From NCBI RefSeq assembly GCF_009914755.1, contig NC_060928.1: a stretch of DNA of 64,000 nucleotides; one strand, 5' to 3'. A program made the translations under genes and the position numbers. The notes beneath the pieces were generated by a model. It was not told the origin of the DNA and searched no databases. It was given only the letters and a program-made list of their open reading frames with translations. Each line of letters starts with the position of its first letter. The stretch's first letter is position 1. The stretch comes from the human T2T-CHM13v2.0 reference genome, Homo sapiens. Of the stretch, positions 16,099 through 29,900 are shown piece after piece.

Positions 16099-16321
16099 GT
16101 AAGTGTTGCTTGTGGGCTCTAGTTCTTAAAGTGCCCCCAAATCGAAACAGTAATTTTTCTTTCTTTTCTTTTTTGAAACAGTCTTGCTCTGTTGCCCAGG
16201 CTGGAGTGCAGTGGCACGATCTTGACTCACTTCAACCTCTGCCTCCTGGGTTCAGGTGGTTCTCGTGCCTCAGACACCCAAGTATCTGGGATCACAGGCA
16301 TGCCTCACCACTCCCGGCTTT

Positions 16322-16337
16322 CATATATATATATATA

Positions 16338-16391
<54 letters not shown>

Positions 16392-16439
16392 TATATATAT
16401 ATATATACACACACATATACATATATATATAATATACAT

Positions 16440-16482
<43 letters not shown>
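16322..16482. repeat. Expanded (TA)n/(TACA)n microsatellite in the linker of a - strand Alu (16155-16620)
   Basis: ~160 bp of TA-rich dinucleotide repeat between the two Alu monomers. Confidence 0.95.
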
Positions 16483-16485
<3 letters not shown>

Positions 16486-18058
16486 TTTTTTTTTTTTTTC
16501 AGTAGAGTTGGGTTTCACTGTTGTTGGCCAGGCTGGTGTTGAATCCCTGGCCTCAAGTGATCTGCCTGCCTTGGCCTCCCAAAGTGCTGGGATTACAGGT
16601 GTGAGCCACTGTGCCAGGCCAAGAATATTTTTCTATGCCTTTTTGTCAGAAGAGACAATGCCGGGAAGTGCTCTGGCCAGAAGCAGAAGTGAAAGCCTGT
16701 GTCTTTGGAATGCACTTTGGTACTTTCTATTTCAGTATGGATGGGTCTGCAGTTCTGGGAAGTCAGGCCATTTCCAGCCCAATCAGAAATCTATTGTGAA
16801 AGACTGATCCAGAATAATCTGGAAAGTACCAGATTTCCTCAGCCCACCCTCCTGGCTCAAATTCACTTTCCCCACCCTCTTCCTCCCAGCTGCCTTCCCA
16901 CCAGCCTCTCTACTTCTTTTAACTCCCCTTTTCTTGTGAGAGCAGGATCCCTAGGATAGTTAATAGCAGCCTAAGGGTTTTGCTCTTTTATTGCCTGCCT
17001 GAAGTTTCAAGGGCTTCTCAAAATTTAAAATATCTGTGAATCACCTGAGGATATAGTTAAAATACAAAAAGTCTCCATGGGGCTGGAGATCCTGATGGTA
17101 GGGAAACATTGTAACTGCACGCTGTATTTGGCAGACATGGAAGTATCCATGTAAACCACTGCAACTATGTATTATTCGGATTATAGATAGCCTATTGGAA
17201 CCTAATAGATGCAGTCTAATAATTATAGTAACTAATAATCGGTTAAGAGAATTTGTATCTCCTCTCAATTTTTTATCAGTTCTTGTAGTACACAGAGCAT
17301 TCTCAAGTGCATTGATTAATTCATTAATCCAAAAGCTAACCTGTGAGTACAGAACGCCTGCCTTGCTAATGGATGGCTGTCAGCTGCATTCCAGAGCATC
17401 TGTGCTACGGGCCTCTTATAGTCATGGATCTGTTTTGTTTGGAAATTGCCCAGGATAGTCAGTATCCGGTTCGGGTATCCAGTCTGTGGAGAAACCACAT
17501 AGATATACAACCTCCAAGCCAACCACCACTTAGATTACTGCAGTGTTTTTGGTGTCTTGTGGCTTTTATTGAAAAAGGTTTGAGATTCATTCGGTTCAGC
17601 GTCAATCCGTGCTCAGATGCCTTGTGCAGCTGTAGCATTGCTTTCCATTGTTTTTAAATATGTTTGTGTTAGATCTAATCTGAAAGTTTGTTAAATAGTT
17701 TTTGAGCTAGAATTAGAAAGGCTACACCTAAGAAATCTGGGCTGGGCACGGTAGATCAGCAGTGTAATCTGTATTACACCTGTAATCCTAGCACCTCGGG
17801 AGGCTGAGGTGGGAGGATTGCTTGAGCATAGGAGTTTGAGACCAGCCTAGGCAACAGAGTGAGACCCTGTCTCTATTTAAAAAAAAAAAAGAAAGAAATC
17901 TGGCTTGAGAGCATTCTGTATTTGGATAAAAACATAAGTGAAAAAGACCATGGAAGCAGTTAGCAGAATAGTGTGATAATGCCGAGTATGTAAGTGTGCC
18001 TTCCCAAGTGAACCGAGCAAAATACTTGTTTTAAAACGACTATTTCCTCTTGTTTTAG

Positions 18059-18113
18059 ATCTGGACCACCTCTGAAGGCAGGGAAGACTCGAACCTTTTA
18101 TGGTCTGCATCAG
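18059..18113 (+). CDS. LAP3: LAP3 coding exon 3
   Basis: Acceptor ttttag; SGPPLKAGKTRTFYGLHQ; donor GTATGA. 55 nt. Confidence 0.96.
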
Positions 18114-18586
18114 GTATGAGAAGAACGTGATCATTTGGTAAACCCTCAATGAGCATCTACTGTACACCAAGTATTGGGGCTGTCTAGTCATACTAAACAT
18201 TATGTGTTGGATTGTATGATTTTATTCCACTATTAAGCAGAACATTTAAGATTAAGAGGCGATTTGCTGTCAAAAACTACTGCCTATCTTATATTCCTCA
18301 ATCTGAAGGCTTTCTTTATCCGGTTGTGGCTCTGGCTTACACAGAATTATTTGCAAGAGTATCCTCACTTACTCTGCCTCTCAAACCTATAAGTTATACA
18401 ATTTTGCCAGGACACAAAGGTTTTAAGAAAAAAAAGCCACAACCAAATTTCACCGTGCGTTTAGCCCTGTTGCTGCAGTTACAGTAATTGTGTGGGAGCT
18501 CAGTGAGTCTCCACATGTAGAATTCCTTGCTGGAAATGAATGCTTGAAAGAAATAAAGTGGTTGATTTGGTGTATCTGTGGGACAG

Positions 18587-18692
18587 GACTTCCCCAGCGT
18601 GGTGCTAGTTGGCCTCGGCAAAAAGGCAGCTGGAATCGACGAACAGGAAAACTGGCATGAAGGCAAAGAAAACATCAGAGCTGCTGTTGCAG
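18587..18692 (+). CDS. LAP3: LAP3 coding exon 4
   Basis: Acceptor ggacag; DFPSVVLVGLGKKAAGIDEQENWHEGKENIRAAVA; donor GTTATT. 106 nt. Confidence 0.95.
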
Positions 18693-19781
18693 GTTATTTC
18701 ACTTTTTAAGTTTAAAGAATCCTGAGGATCCACTCTTTTTGATGACCTCTCTTTCCCCTTTTTGTCCTTTTACCAGTTGCCACCCCTTACCACGTTCACA
18801 CAGAAATAATTCATCTTAACAAAAATTCAGTTCCTCTTGCTGAATATGGTTGGCCTTATGATAAATACAGAAGGTTAGCTAATGGAATTTTATTTTTAAT
18901 ATATCTATATCTCATTTGGGTGTTTTACTACCATTTGTTCGCTCTTGTCATATTAGAGCTGTGTTTTCCCAGAACCTGTAGTGTATAGATTTTTTGTAAT
19001 GCCACCCTGATGCCTCCCGACTTTTAAATAACACAGAGTCATCAGATTTTACAAATAAAGAGACTAAGGAAGCAAAGCGTGGCGTGCTTGTTTATCACTA
19101 GCCAAAGGTGTGTGCCTGTCCCAGTATGTCCCAGGCAGGGGCCATTGAGTCACTTAGCATTAAGCAGCAGGACGGGCCTAATACCGTCAAGAGCCATGAT
19201 TAAAGATGCTTTGTAAAACATTTCTGAAACAGTGATAATTGGCTTGATTACTATTTAGGCCTGTGTATATTATAAATGCTCATTAACTTTACTTCAAATA
19301 TCATTGAAGTGGTTATTTAATAACTTTTGAGAGTTTTTGCTGACCTGATCTTAATAAAATGCTGTGTTAATAATGGACTTTGCTCAGTTCTTTGGATATA
19401 ATTTCAGCGTCATCATTTCCCTGTCATTTTTAATCAGAGAAGCTCTTGGCAATTGGGAAGCTTCATCAGGAAATCATAGTGTTTCAGAAATAATCCTAGG
19501 AATAATTGCCACTTCCTGAGAGCCTGTACGGCTCTGGGAGGAGCTATTCATTCTCTCCATCAGCCTGTCCTCACCACCACCTGGGAGTGAGGTACTTGCT
19601 GTAAAATGCACTCACGTCTTCATTTTACAGAAGAGGAAATGAGGCTCAGAACATTCGGGTATCAGGGCTGGGATTTGAACCCCAGGGCTCTTTTCTCAGC
19701 ACATCACATCATGCCTCTGCTGTCTGCTCTTTGAGTTGTCTTGGACTGACTCCAGTTTTCTGATTCCTCTGTCTTTTCAAG

Positions 19782-19941
19782 CGGGGTGCAGGCAGATTCA
19801 AGACCTGGAGCTCTCGTCTGTGGAGGTGGATCCCTGTGGAGACGCTCAGGCTGCTGCGGAGGGAGCGGTGCTTGGTCTCTATGAATACGATGACCTAAAG
19901 CAAAAAAAGAAGATGGCTGTGTCGGCAAAGCTCTATGGAAG
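19782..19941 (+). CDS. LAP3: LAP3 coding exon 5
   Basis: Acceptor ttttcaag; AGCRQIQDLELSS...SAKLYG; donor GTGATG. 160 nt. Confidence 0.96.
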
Positions 19942-21270
19942 GTGATGGAAGCAAATTAGGAGGAGGGTGGTGCTCCCTGGCGTTCTGACAGCCTGGCTTT
20001 TGGGATATGAGCTGCCTGCTTTTCAGCGCCACCCACAGCTGCGTGGCTTGGCTGTGACCTCCCCATTGCCTCAGCCATTTTAATAATGTGGTCAAAATTA
20101 AGCCCAAGCTCTGCTCCTGGCTCTCGGCATATGTCTGATTCCCCCATGACTCCCTGACCCCTCCCTGCTCTGATTACAAGGAAGCCATAACCAGGTAGCT
20201 CTTACCTGAGAGGGAGGAATGACATGACAGACATATCCCACAGGTTTCAACCCAGATAATGTTCATTCATTTACCTGGCACCTGCTGGCCTTGTGCTAAA
20301 CGCAAGCACCACACAGATGAAGAGATCCTCTGGATGCTTGGTCCTTGCCCTTGTGGGCTAGTGGGGTCCCTGCCATCAGGAATAAATAAGATGAGACCTT
20401 CAGCAGATGGTGCCAAGCACAGTGGGGGCCCTGGCACTGGCCAAGGGTTGGCAGCTGTGGGGAGTGGGGGAGAGTGCGGGCTCTGCAGCCAGTCAGCATG
20501 GGCTTAAGTCCTGGCTTCACCACTTACTCGTTGGGGGACCTTGCTGGTTACGTGGCTGAAATCTCTGTGCTTCATTTTCTGCATTTGTTTACTAGAGTTG
20601 TAATACCGATTTCATGGGGTTTGTATCATCATCCAAAAGAGCACATCAAGTAGGGGGCACGTGGCAGGCCTTCTAGGCCATCTACTGTTACTCACCCACC
20701 TCTGTGCTGCCATAGGAAGAGCCAGGGTTGTGAAACACGTGCCTGTATCCTTTCTCTTCTAAAGCTGGTCCTGCTTACGAATGGGTTGGAATTTGGAGCC
20801 CCGACTTAGGTAAAAGAAAGCAAAAAGGTCTTCAGTTGCCACGTTAGAGCCATTGCCATACGCTTGCTTTGCAGTTAGCACTTGGGGCTGCAGCATTCCT
20901 GATACAGTGAAGGAGAACAAAACGGGCTTTTCTGTGGAAGCCTCTTCTCTTCATTTATGTGGTAGATTTAGAGCTTCAAAGACCCCACAGCACAGGCCCT
21001 TTTTCATGTAGATGAGGATTCTGAAGGGAAGTGCCTGACCGGATACCCTCTGGTTCTGCTTTGTGTGGCCATGTTTTCTAGCTTTCTGCACCATACCATC
21101 TGCTGCCCTGGGTCAGATCACAAAAAATGAATCCAGGTCCTGTGTGCCAATTGTTTTTGATTTGTAGTCTTCCTCTTTTGTTTTCTGTAAGGTAAGAGTG
21201 TCTCTTAGTTGGCAGGCAGTCAGCGTTCTTGAGAGGTTGTTTGACAGTCACTTTATCTTTCTTCTGCCAG

Positions 21271-21435
21271 TGGGGATCAGGAGGCCTGGCAGAAAGGAGT
21301 CCTGTTTGCTTCTGGGCAGAACTTGGCACGCCAATTGATGGAGACGCCAGCCAATGAGATGACGCCAACCAGATTTGCCGAAATTATTGAGAAGAATCTC
21401 AAAAGTGCTAGTAGTAAAACCGAGGTCCATATCAG
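21271..21435 (+). CDS. LAP3: LAP3 coding exon 6
   Basis: GDQEAWQKGVLFASGQNLARQLMETPANEMTP...EVHI; donor GTAATT. 165 nt. Confidence 0.97.
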
Positions 21436-23041
21436 GTAATTCAGGATTGTGTCACAGACTCGAGATGTTACAGCCAGAAGGAGCCCTTGAGATCCTAAAA
21501 TCCAGCTCCCTCACTTTTTAGAGGAATAACTTGAGACCAGAGATTTGAGATGACCCACTTGGGTCCACATGGGGAGCTGGAATAGAGCTGAGTTTGAGGT
21601 TCTTTCTATCTTTCCTTGCCTTTGAGAGAGAGGGTGCCATGATATACTATGTATGTGTATATTTCATAACTGTGTTATTCAGACACAATTAACATGCCAT
21701 AGAATTCACCAATGCAAAGTGTGCAATTCAGTGATTTTTTTTTTTTTTTTTTTTGAGACAAGGTTTTGCTCTGTTGCCCAGGCTGGAGGGCAGAGGCATG
21801 AACATGGGCTCAAATTCCTGGGCTCAGGCCTCCCACCCTAGCCTCCTCAATAGCTGGGATTACAGGTGTGTGCCACCATGCCCAGCTAATTTCTTAATTT
21901 TTTGTAGAGATGGGTCTCCCGCTGTGTTGCCCAGGCTGGTCTTACACTCCTGGGCTGAAGCAATCTCACCTTTTCCTCCTAAAGTGCTGAGATTACAGCC
22001 ATGACCCCGCCATGCGGCCTGGTATTTAGAATATTCATAGAGTTGTGCTACCATGACCACAATCAATTTTAGAACATTTTCATAACCCCCAAAGGAAACC
22101 CTATACCCATTAGCAGTTACTCCCTGTTTCCCATTCCCTAAAGCCAGCAGGGGATGGACACTTTGGTTGTTTTTACCTTTTATTTCTTTTTGGTATATGC
22201 CTAGGAGTTGAATTGCTGAATCAAATCGTAGTTCTGTTTAATTTTTTGAGGAACTTCACATGGCTTATTTTGGTGAATTATTCCTATCATCACTTTTGGA
22301 CACAAATGAAGAACACAGCATGCCTAACTAGACATGGGATGAGAATTTCTGCCTCATAGATTCCCTTAGCCTAGACTCCAGCATTGGTGCTCCCAGGTGT
22401 CCCTGAATGCTGTGTCAGTGGGAGGCTGTTGGAGCTGAAAGCCTGCTCGTCCAGTTCCGTCGCTCTCTTGGGATCTCCAGCCCTTTAAGCAAACCAACTC
22501 TGAGCATTTGGGAATTTATAATTAAAACAAATGAACAGGTATTTGTTTGACCTAAAGAATTCTTTATTGTCAAAGTTGTTTCCCAAGGGTACTTCCATTT
22601 AAAAGAATTCTTTAGTACTTAATTGTGATTAGAGTTCGTGTTTTTCAGGAAAGCATCTATGGTTTAGACAGAGTGAAGAAAAATTAATAGTCTGTAGAAA
22701 GCACAGTACTTAGAGCTTGATAAAATTTCTGGAATGGTTAGTATATGTTTAATCTATAGCAATGTTTAGGTTCTATAAAAGTATCTTTTTGGTCACCAAA
22801 TAGTGGTTATGACAGCCCCTCTGGTGTGCCTGGAATTTATCATACAAAGATGCATGAAGTGGTCCTTGTCCTTGCAGAAAGTGAGGATGTTGTAAGAAGG
22901 AATAGGGAGGTAAATGGCATTTGCAGAGGGTACTGCAGGATCAGAGGGATGAGGGGGACTGCCAAAGAATATGAAGCTGCTGGTGCGATTGTGCACGCCT
23001 CTATTTGCAGCTACTCAAGAGGCAGGCAGGAGGGTCTGTCA

Positions 23042-23623
<582 letters not shown>

Positions 23624-25113
23624 TCAAAGAAACACAGGCAGTTCTTCCACAAGGGCAGGACTTTAATCAGACATCAAGTACTGAGTTAATGATTTAAAAT
23701 GCCCACATTGCACAGCCTTGTTGTTGTTGTTTTTTTTTTTTGAAGTGATTTTTAAAACTGTTTCATCTTCCGATTTAAAATTTTTTTCCCTTTGAAGTGT
23801 GCTGGTCATCCCACCATGATGCAGTCCTAGTTTAATCATTTTAACAAGTGGATGGCAAATGCCGGAGGAGCATTCCTTGGCTGTGGTTGTTGCTGGTCTG
23901 CAGGAGGATAGAATTTCTTTCTTGGCCTAGTTACCGTGGCCAGAAATCAATACAAAGCCCTTTTGTGCTCCTAGCCTAGAAAGAAGAGCAATATGGCATC
24001 AGTTTTCTAGTTTGAACTAAGGACTGTTTCCATTCTGTTACCCCACCGATCCCATGTTTATTAAGTAAGAACTAACTAGTTTTCTCACTTAAAGATGCCT
24101 CAAGCAACAGTTGAAACTGTGAGAAACAGTGTGTGACAACATTAAAAAGATAGAATTCAACAGTTCTTAAAAAGCAAATAAATAGGATATTTTTTTTCCA
24201 GTCATTGGGATATAGCTTTGGTTTGCTGTTTGTTGGTTGATTTTTTTTTTTTTTCATTTTTAGAAATAAAGCAATGGACCCCTTACCTATCTTTAAGCAC
24301 TCTTTGTGGTCTCAGAGCCTATTGCTAATTTTATTTTTTTAAGAGACAGGGTGTTGCTATGTTGCCCAGGTTGGGTGCTGTGGCGAGATCGTGGCTCACT
24401 GCAGCCTTGACCTCTAGGGCTCAAGCGAGCCTCTTGTCTTAGCCTCTGCAGTAGCTAGGACAATAGGCAGGCACCAACATGCCTGGCTAATTTTTTCTTT
24501 TTTTTTTTCTGTAGAGACCAAGTCTCAACTTGTTGCCTAGGCTGGTCTCAAATTTCTATCCTCAAGTGATCCTCCTTCATTGGCCTCTAATTTCATCTTT
24601 ATTATATCTTACCTTATTTGTTTTAGAGACAGTTTCACTTTTTTGCCCAGGCTGGTTTCAAACTCCTGAGCTGAAGCAATTCTCTCACCTCAGCCTTCCA
24701 AAGTGCTGGGATTACAGGCATGAGCCACCGCACCCGGCCTTCTAACTTCATCTTTAAATTAAAATTGTAGAAATATCTGAGTAGATTGGAGAGAGGAAAT
24801 TAATTATATAGACTGTAGACTATTAGTTGACATTGTATTAGGTACCACACATGACTTCTCTTAGTAATTCAATAATCTTTTGATGGAAGAGTTACAGACC
24901 TCATTTTATAGATGAGGAAATAGGCTTAGAATCAAGTGACTTGCCCAAGAATATACAGAAAGCAAATAATGGGACCTGATAATTGAAACCTTAATGTGCG
25001 TATACTTTAAGAGTTTGTATATTATACTTTTTCACACACTGTGATGAGCTTTTTCTGTTATTTTGAAATAAAGGTAACAGTATATTTACTTTTTCCCTCT
25101 TTCTACCCTATAG

Positions 25114-25272
25114 ACCCAAGTCTTGGATTGAGGAACAGGCAATGGGATCATTCCTCAGTGTGGCCAAAGGATCTGACGAGCCCCCAGTCTTCTTGGAAAT
25201 TCACTACAAAGGCAGCCCCAATGCAAACGAACCACCCCTGGTGTTTGTTGGGAAAGGAATTACCTTTGACAG
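25114..25272 (+). CDS. LAP3: LAP3 coding exon 7 (VGKGITFD metal-ligand motif)
   Basis: PKSWIEEQAMGSFLSVAKGS...PLVFVGKGITFD; donor GTATTT. 159 nt. Confidence 0.97.
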
Positions 25273-25309
25273 GTATTTTTTATGGTGTCCGTGCTTTGTA
25301 TTTTGGTGA

Positions 25310-25730
<421 letters not shown>

Positions 25731-26679
25731 TAAAATGCTTAGAATATGTCAGAGACTATCAGGTATTTTGCATGTGTTAGCCCTAACCATACCCCTGTGG
25801 GCTAGGTATTGTAGACATTCTCCAGGTAAAGAAACCATGACTCAGAGTTTAAATAATTTGTTCAAAGTCCTATAACTAGTAAGTGGAGTCCGAAGTCAAA
25901 CTCAGGTGTGTCGTGTCCTTTTTTTAAAAAAAATATAGAGATGAGTTTTCACTGTGTTGCCCAAACTGGTCTTAAACTGCTGTCTCAAGCAATCCTCCCA
26001 CCTCAGCCTCCCAAAGTGCTGGGGTTATAGGTGTGAGCCATTGTGCTCTGCCTAAAGTGTCTTCAGATTTTTCTGCCATGCACTTTGCTTGTCCTCTGTG
26101 GCTGTTAAAGATTCTCCACGAGGTTAGTGGTGATGCCCCTGTTTGTATTATGCTGTCTTCCCTTTGCTTGCTTCAGATGATTACTTCTTTTAGCTGACCA
26201 GTCTAGCTCCCATTAATCTTATTCAACCATAAGTATTTCTTAGAGTTGGAAACTGTATCTGGTTATTTCAGCCAAGGAGAGGCTGAACTGAGAAAGATAG
26301 TGGAGTTTGGTATTTCCCGTGGGAAGCATTTGCCACCAAACACAAGTTTCAGGGATGCCAGCGAGTATGAGACGTAAAAAGGGCTACTTAGCAAAAAAAC
26401 TAGGTTAGAGAAACCCATGAGGGGTTTCATTTTTGTTTTATTTGCTTAACTACAGGACTTCTCAGGGTACAGAATATAGCATTTTCTGTATTTCCTTTTG
26501 AAGGAACCCTGATTCCTGGGAATCATGTTACCTGGAAACTACTTTGGAAAATGCTGCTAGAGAACCATACGATGTTGATGTCCCCTTGTACATTTTTGTG
26601 CCCTTTCTGGAATGCTTCTAGACGTAGGAAGCCCCTGTCATTGGCATAGCTTGCTGTCAGTGTGGTCTCCTTGTGTTAG

Positions 26680-27070
<391 letters not shown>

Positions 27071-28189
27071 TAGCCAGGTGGTCTCGATCTCCTGACCTCG
27101 TCATCTGCCCGCCTCGGTCTCCTGAACTGCTGGGATTACAGGCGTGAGCCACTGCGCCTGGCCACTAAAGTGTGTATTATAAAAACAATACAGCAAACAC
27201 AATTTAGAAAGTTAAACTTTTTTTTTTTTTTTTTTTTTTTTAGTAGAGACGTGGTCTTGCTATGTTGCCCAGGCTGGTTTTGAACTTCTGAGCTCAAGCA
27301 ATCTGCCTGCCTTGGCCTCCCAAAGTGCTAGGATTACAGGTGTGAGCCACCACACCCAGCCTAAACTTTTGTTTTGTTTTGTTTTTTGAGACGGAATCTT
27401 GCTCTGTTGCCCAGGCTGGAGTGCATTGGCGCAGTCTTGGCTCATTGCAACCTCTGCCTCCTTGGTTCAAGTGATTCTCCTGCCTGAGCCTCCCGAGTAG
27501 CTGGGATTACAGGTGCCTGCTACCACTCCTGGCTAATTTTTTTTGTATTTTTAGTCCCGAGTAGCTGGGATTACAGGTGTCTGCCACCACGCCTGGCTAA
27601 TTTTTTTCTATTTTTGGTAGGGATGGGGTTTCACCATGTTGGCCAGGCTCGTCTCAAACTCCTGATCTCGTGATCCCCCCACCTTGGCCTCCCAAAGTGC
27701 TGGGATTACCGGTGTGAGCCACCACACCTGGCCCTAGACTAAATGTCTTGCCAATTGTGACACAAATATTTTTATGCTAAGGGTGAAGTTTATTGTTAAT
27801 TTAAGTCCACATTTGTAATTTTTGCTGAGAATAAAAACAAAGAGGCCTAAACCCAAAGCCTTCTTTGGGTTTAGAGAAGGTTTCCTTGCAGGAGTGTCAG
27901 TTTTAGCTGAAGATGTGAAGAATCAGGAGGAATTAGCTCAGGAGAGACTAGGGACAGGCATTCTAGTGCAGGGAAACATGGTGAAGGCTGTAAGGTGGGA
28001 AGGAGCAGGGTAAATTCCTGGTATGGCAAGAGTACCAGTGTGCCTGCACACAAGAGCGTGATGGAGAGAAGGGGCAAGATACGGCTAGAGAGGTACACAG
28101 AAGCTTGGTCGCTGCGGGCCTGCTTAGATTTTTGCACTCTGCTCTGAGAACAGTTGGCCGTAACTGAAGGGTTTCCACCAAACAGAATG

Positions 28190-29900
28190 ACGTGAGATTT
28201 ATACATACAGTGAAATTCACCCTCTAAGTGGCCAGCTCAATGAGTTTTAACAAATGTGTGCACCTGGGGGGGTTCAGTGGCATACACCTGTAATCTCAGC
28301 TACTTGGGAAGCTGAGGTAGGAGGATTACATGAGCCCAGGAGTTCAAGAGCAGCCTGTGCAACATAGTAAAACACCATCTTTAAATAAATAAATAGATAG
28401 ATTAGATAGGTAGATAGATTGATTTTAAAAACCAAAGAACAAATGTATACACCTATGCACCGTTCACCACTGTCAGGAAAATACAACATTTTTATCATCC
28501 CCCAGAAGTTCCCTTCTCCCTTTTTGTAGTCATTCCCCACCTGCCCTTGCTCCAGACAGCCGATCATCTTCCTGTTACTGCAGATTAGTTTTGCCTATTC
28601 CGGAAAGTCATATAAATGCAGTCTTTGATGTCTAGCTTCTTTCTTTCAGCTTAGTATCTGGGGTTTATCTATGTTGTTGGTCATGTCAGCCATTCTTCTT
28701 TTCTATTGTTGAGTAGTGTTCAATTGTATGGAAATGCCAAATTTTGTTTACCCATTCATCTATTGGTGGAAATTTGTGTTGTTTCCAGTTTTAGGCTATT
28801 AGGAATAAAGTTAAGAGCATCTGTAAGCCTTTGTGTGGACGTGTTTTCCTTACTCTTGCGTAAATACCTAGGAAAACAGCCACTGTGTTGTATAATAACT
28901 GAGTGTTTAACTTTTAAGAAACTACCAAACTTTTCCAAAGCGGGTACATTTTCACTTCTACCATCAATGTACAAAGATTCTAATTGTTCTACACCTTCCT
29001 CAGTATTTGATATTGTCAGTCTTTATAATTCTAGCTGTACCAGTGAGTATACAGTGATCTCTCTTTGTGGTTTAATTTGCATTTCTCTAGTGACTAATGA
29101 AGTCGGTCATTTTTTATTTTTTGAGACGGAGTCTCGCTCTGTCACCCAGGCTGGAGTGCACCTCGGCTCACTGCACCTCCGCCTTCTGGGTTCAAGCAAT
29201 TCTCCTGCCTCAGCCTCCCGAGTAGCCGGGACTATAGGCACACACCACCATGCCTGGCTAATTTTTGCATCTTTAGTAGAGACGGGTTTTCACCATGTTG
29301 GCCAGGCTGGTCTCAAACTCCTGATCTCAAGTGATCTGCCTGCCCCAGCCTCCCAGAGTGCTGGGATACAGGCACGAGCCATCACACCCAGCCAAAGCTG
29401 GGCATTTTTTAATGTGCTTATTGGACATTGGTATATCTTCTGTAGTAAGGTATTCAAATCTTTTGCCCCTTTTTATAGGAGTGTTGGCTTTACAGAATTG
29501 TAAGGTTTTTTAAAAATATATTTCATTTTAAGTGAGTTTTAGATTTTGACGCTATGCTTCACTTTGAATCTTTGTGTATGGTGTGAAAAGACCTGGTTTG
29601 TTTTTGTCTTTTTTTTTTCCTATGTGGCTGTTCATTTACTTCTGCACTGTTTGTTGAAAAGACTGTCCTTTCCCCACTAGACTACCTTGGCACCTCGGGT
29701 GGAAATCAGTTGTCCATATAATTGTAGGTCTGCCTCTGGGCTCTGTATCCTTTCACCAGTGCCTGAAGACCAAATATCTTGATTACTGCAGCTTTGAGTA
29801 GGCTTGAAATCTAGTCACGAGTCCTCCAGCTTTGCTCTTCTTTTTCAGAATGACTTTGGCTACATCCTTTGCATCTTCATATACATTTTAGAATCTGCTT
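28190..29900 (-). mobile_element. Old L1 3'-end fragments with inserted Alus
   Basis: Antisense L1 motifs (tttaatttgcatttctctagtgactaatga; ttgttgaaaagactgtcctttcccc). Alus at ~28275-28385 and 29110-29393. Confidence 0.7.

Noticed and set aside
16110-16542. ORFs with (YI)n runs
   Set aside because: Translation of the (TA)n microsatellite.
17762-17779. Small palindrome gtgtaat-ctgt-attacac in an Alu head
   Set aside because: A 7-bp stem is too short to be meaningful beyond a minor local mutation scar.
28706-29503. 265-aa ORF, the longest in the track
   Set aside because: It is antisense L1 3'-end sequence joined to an antisense Alu, uses a non-ATG start, and has no splice support.
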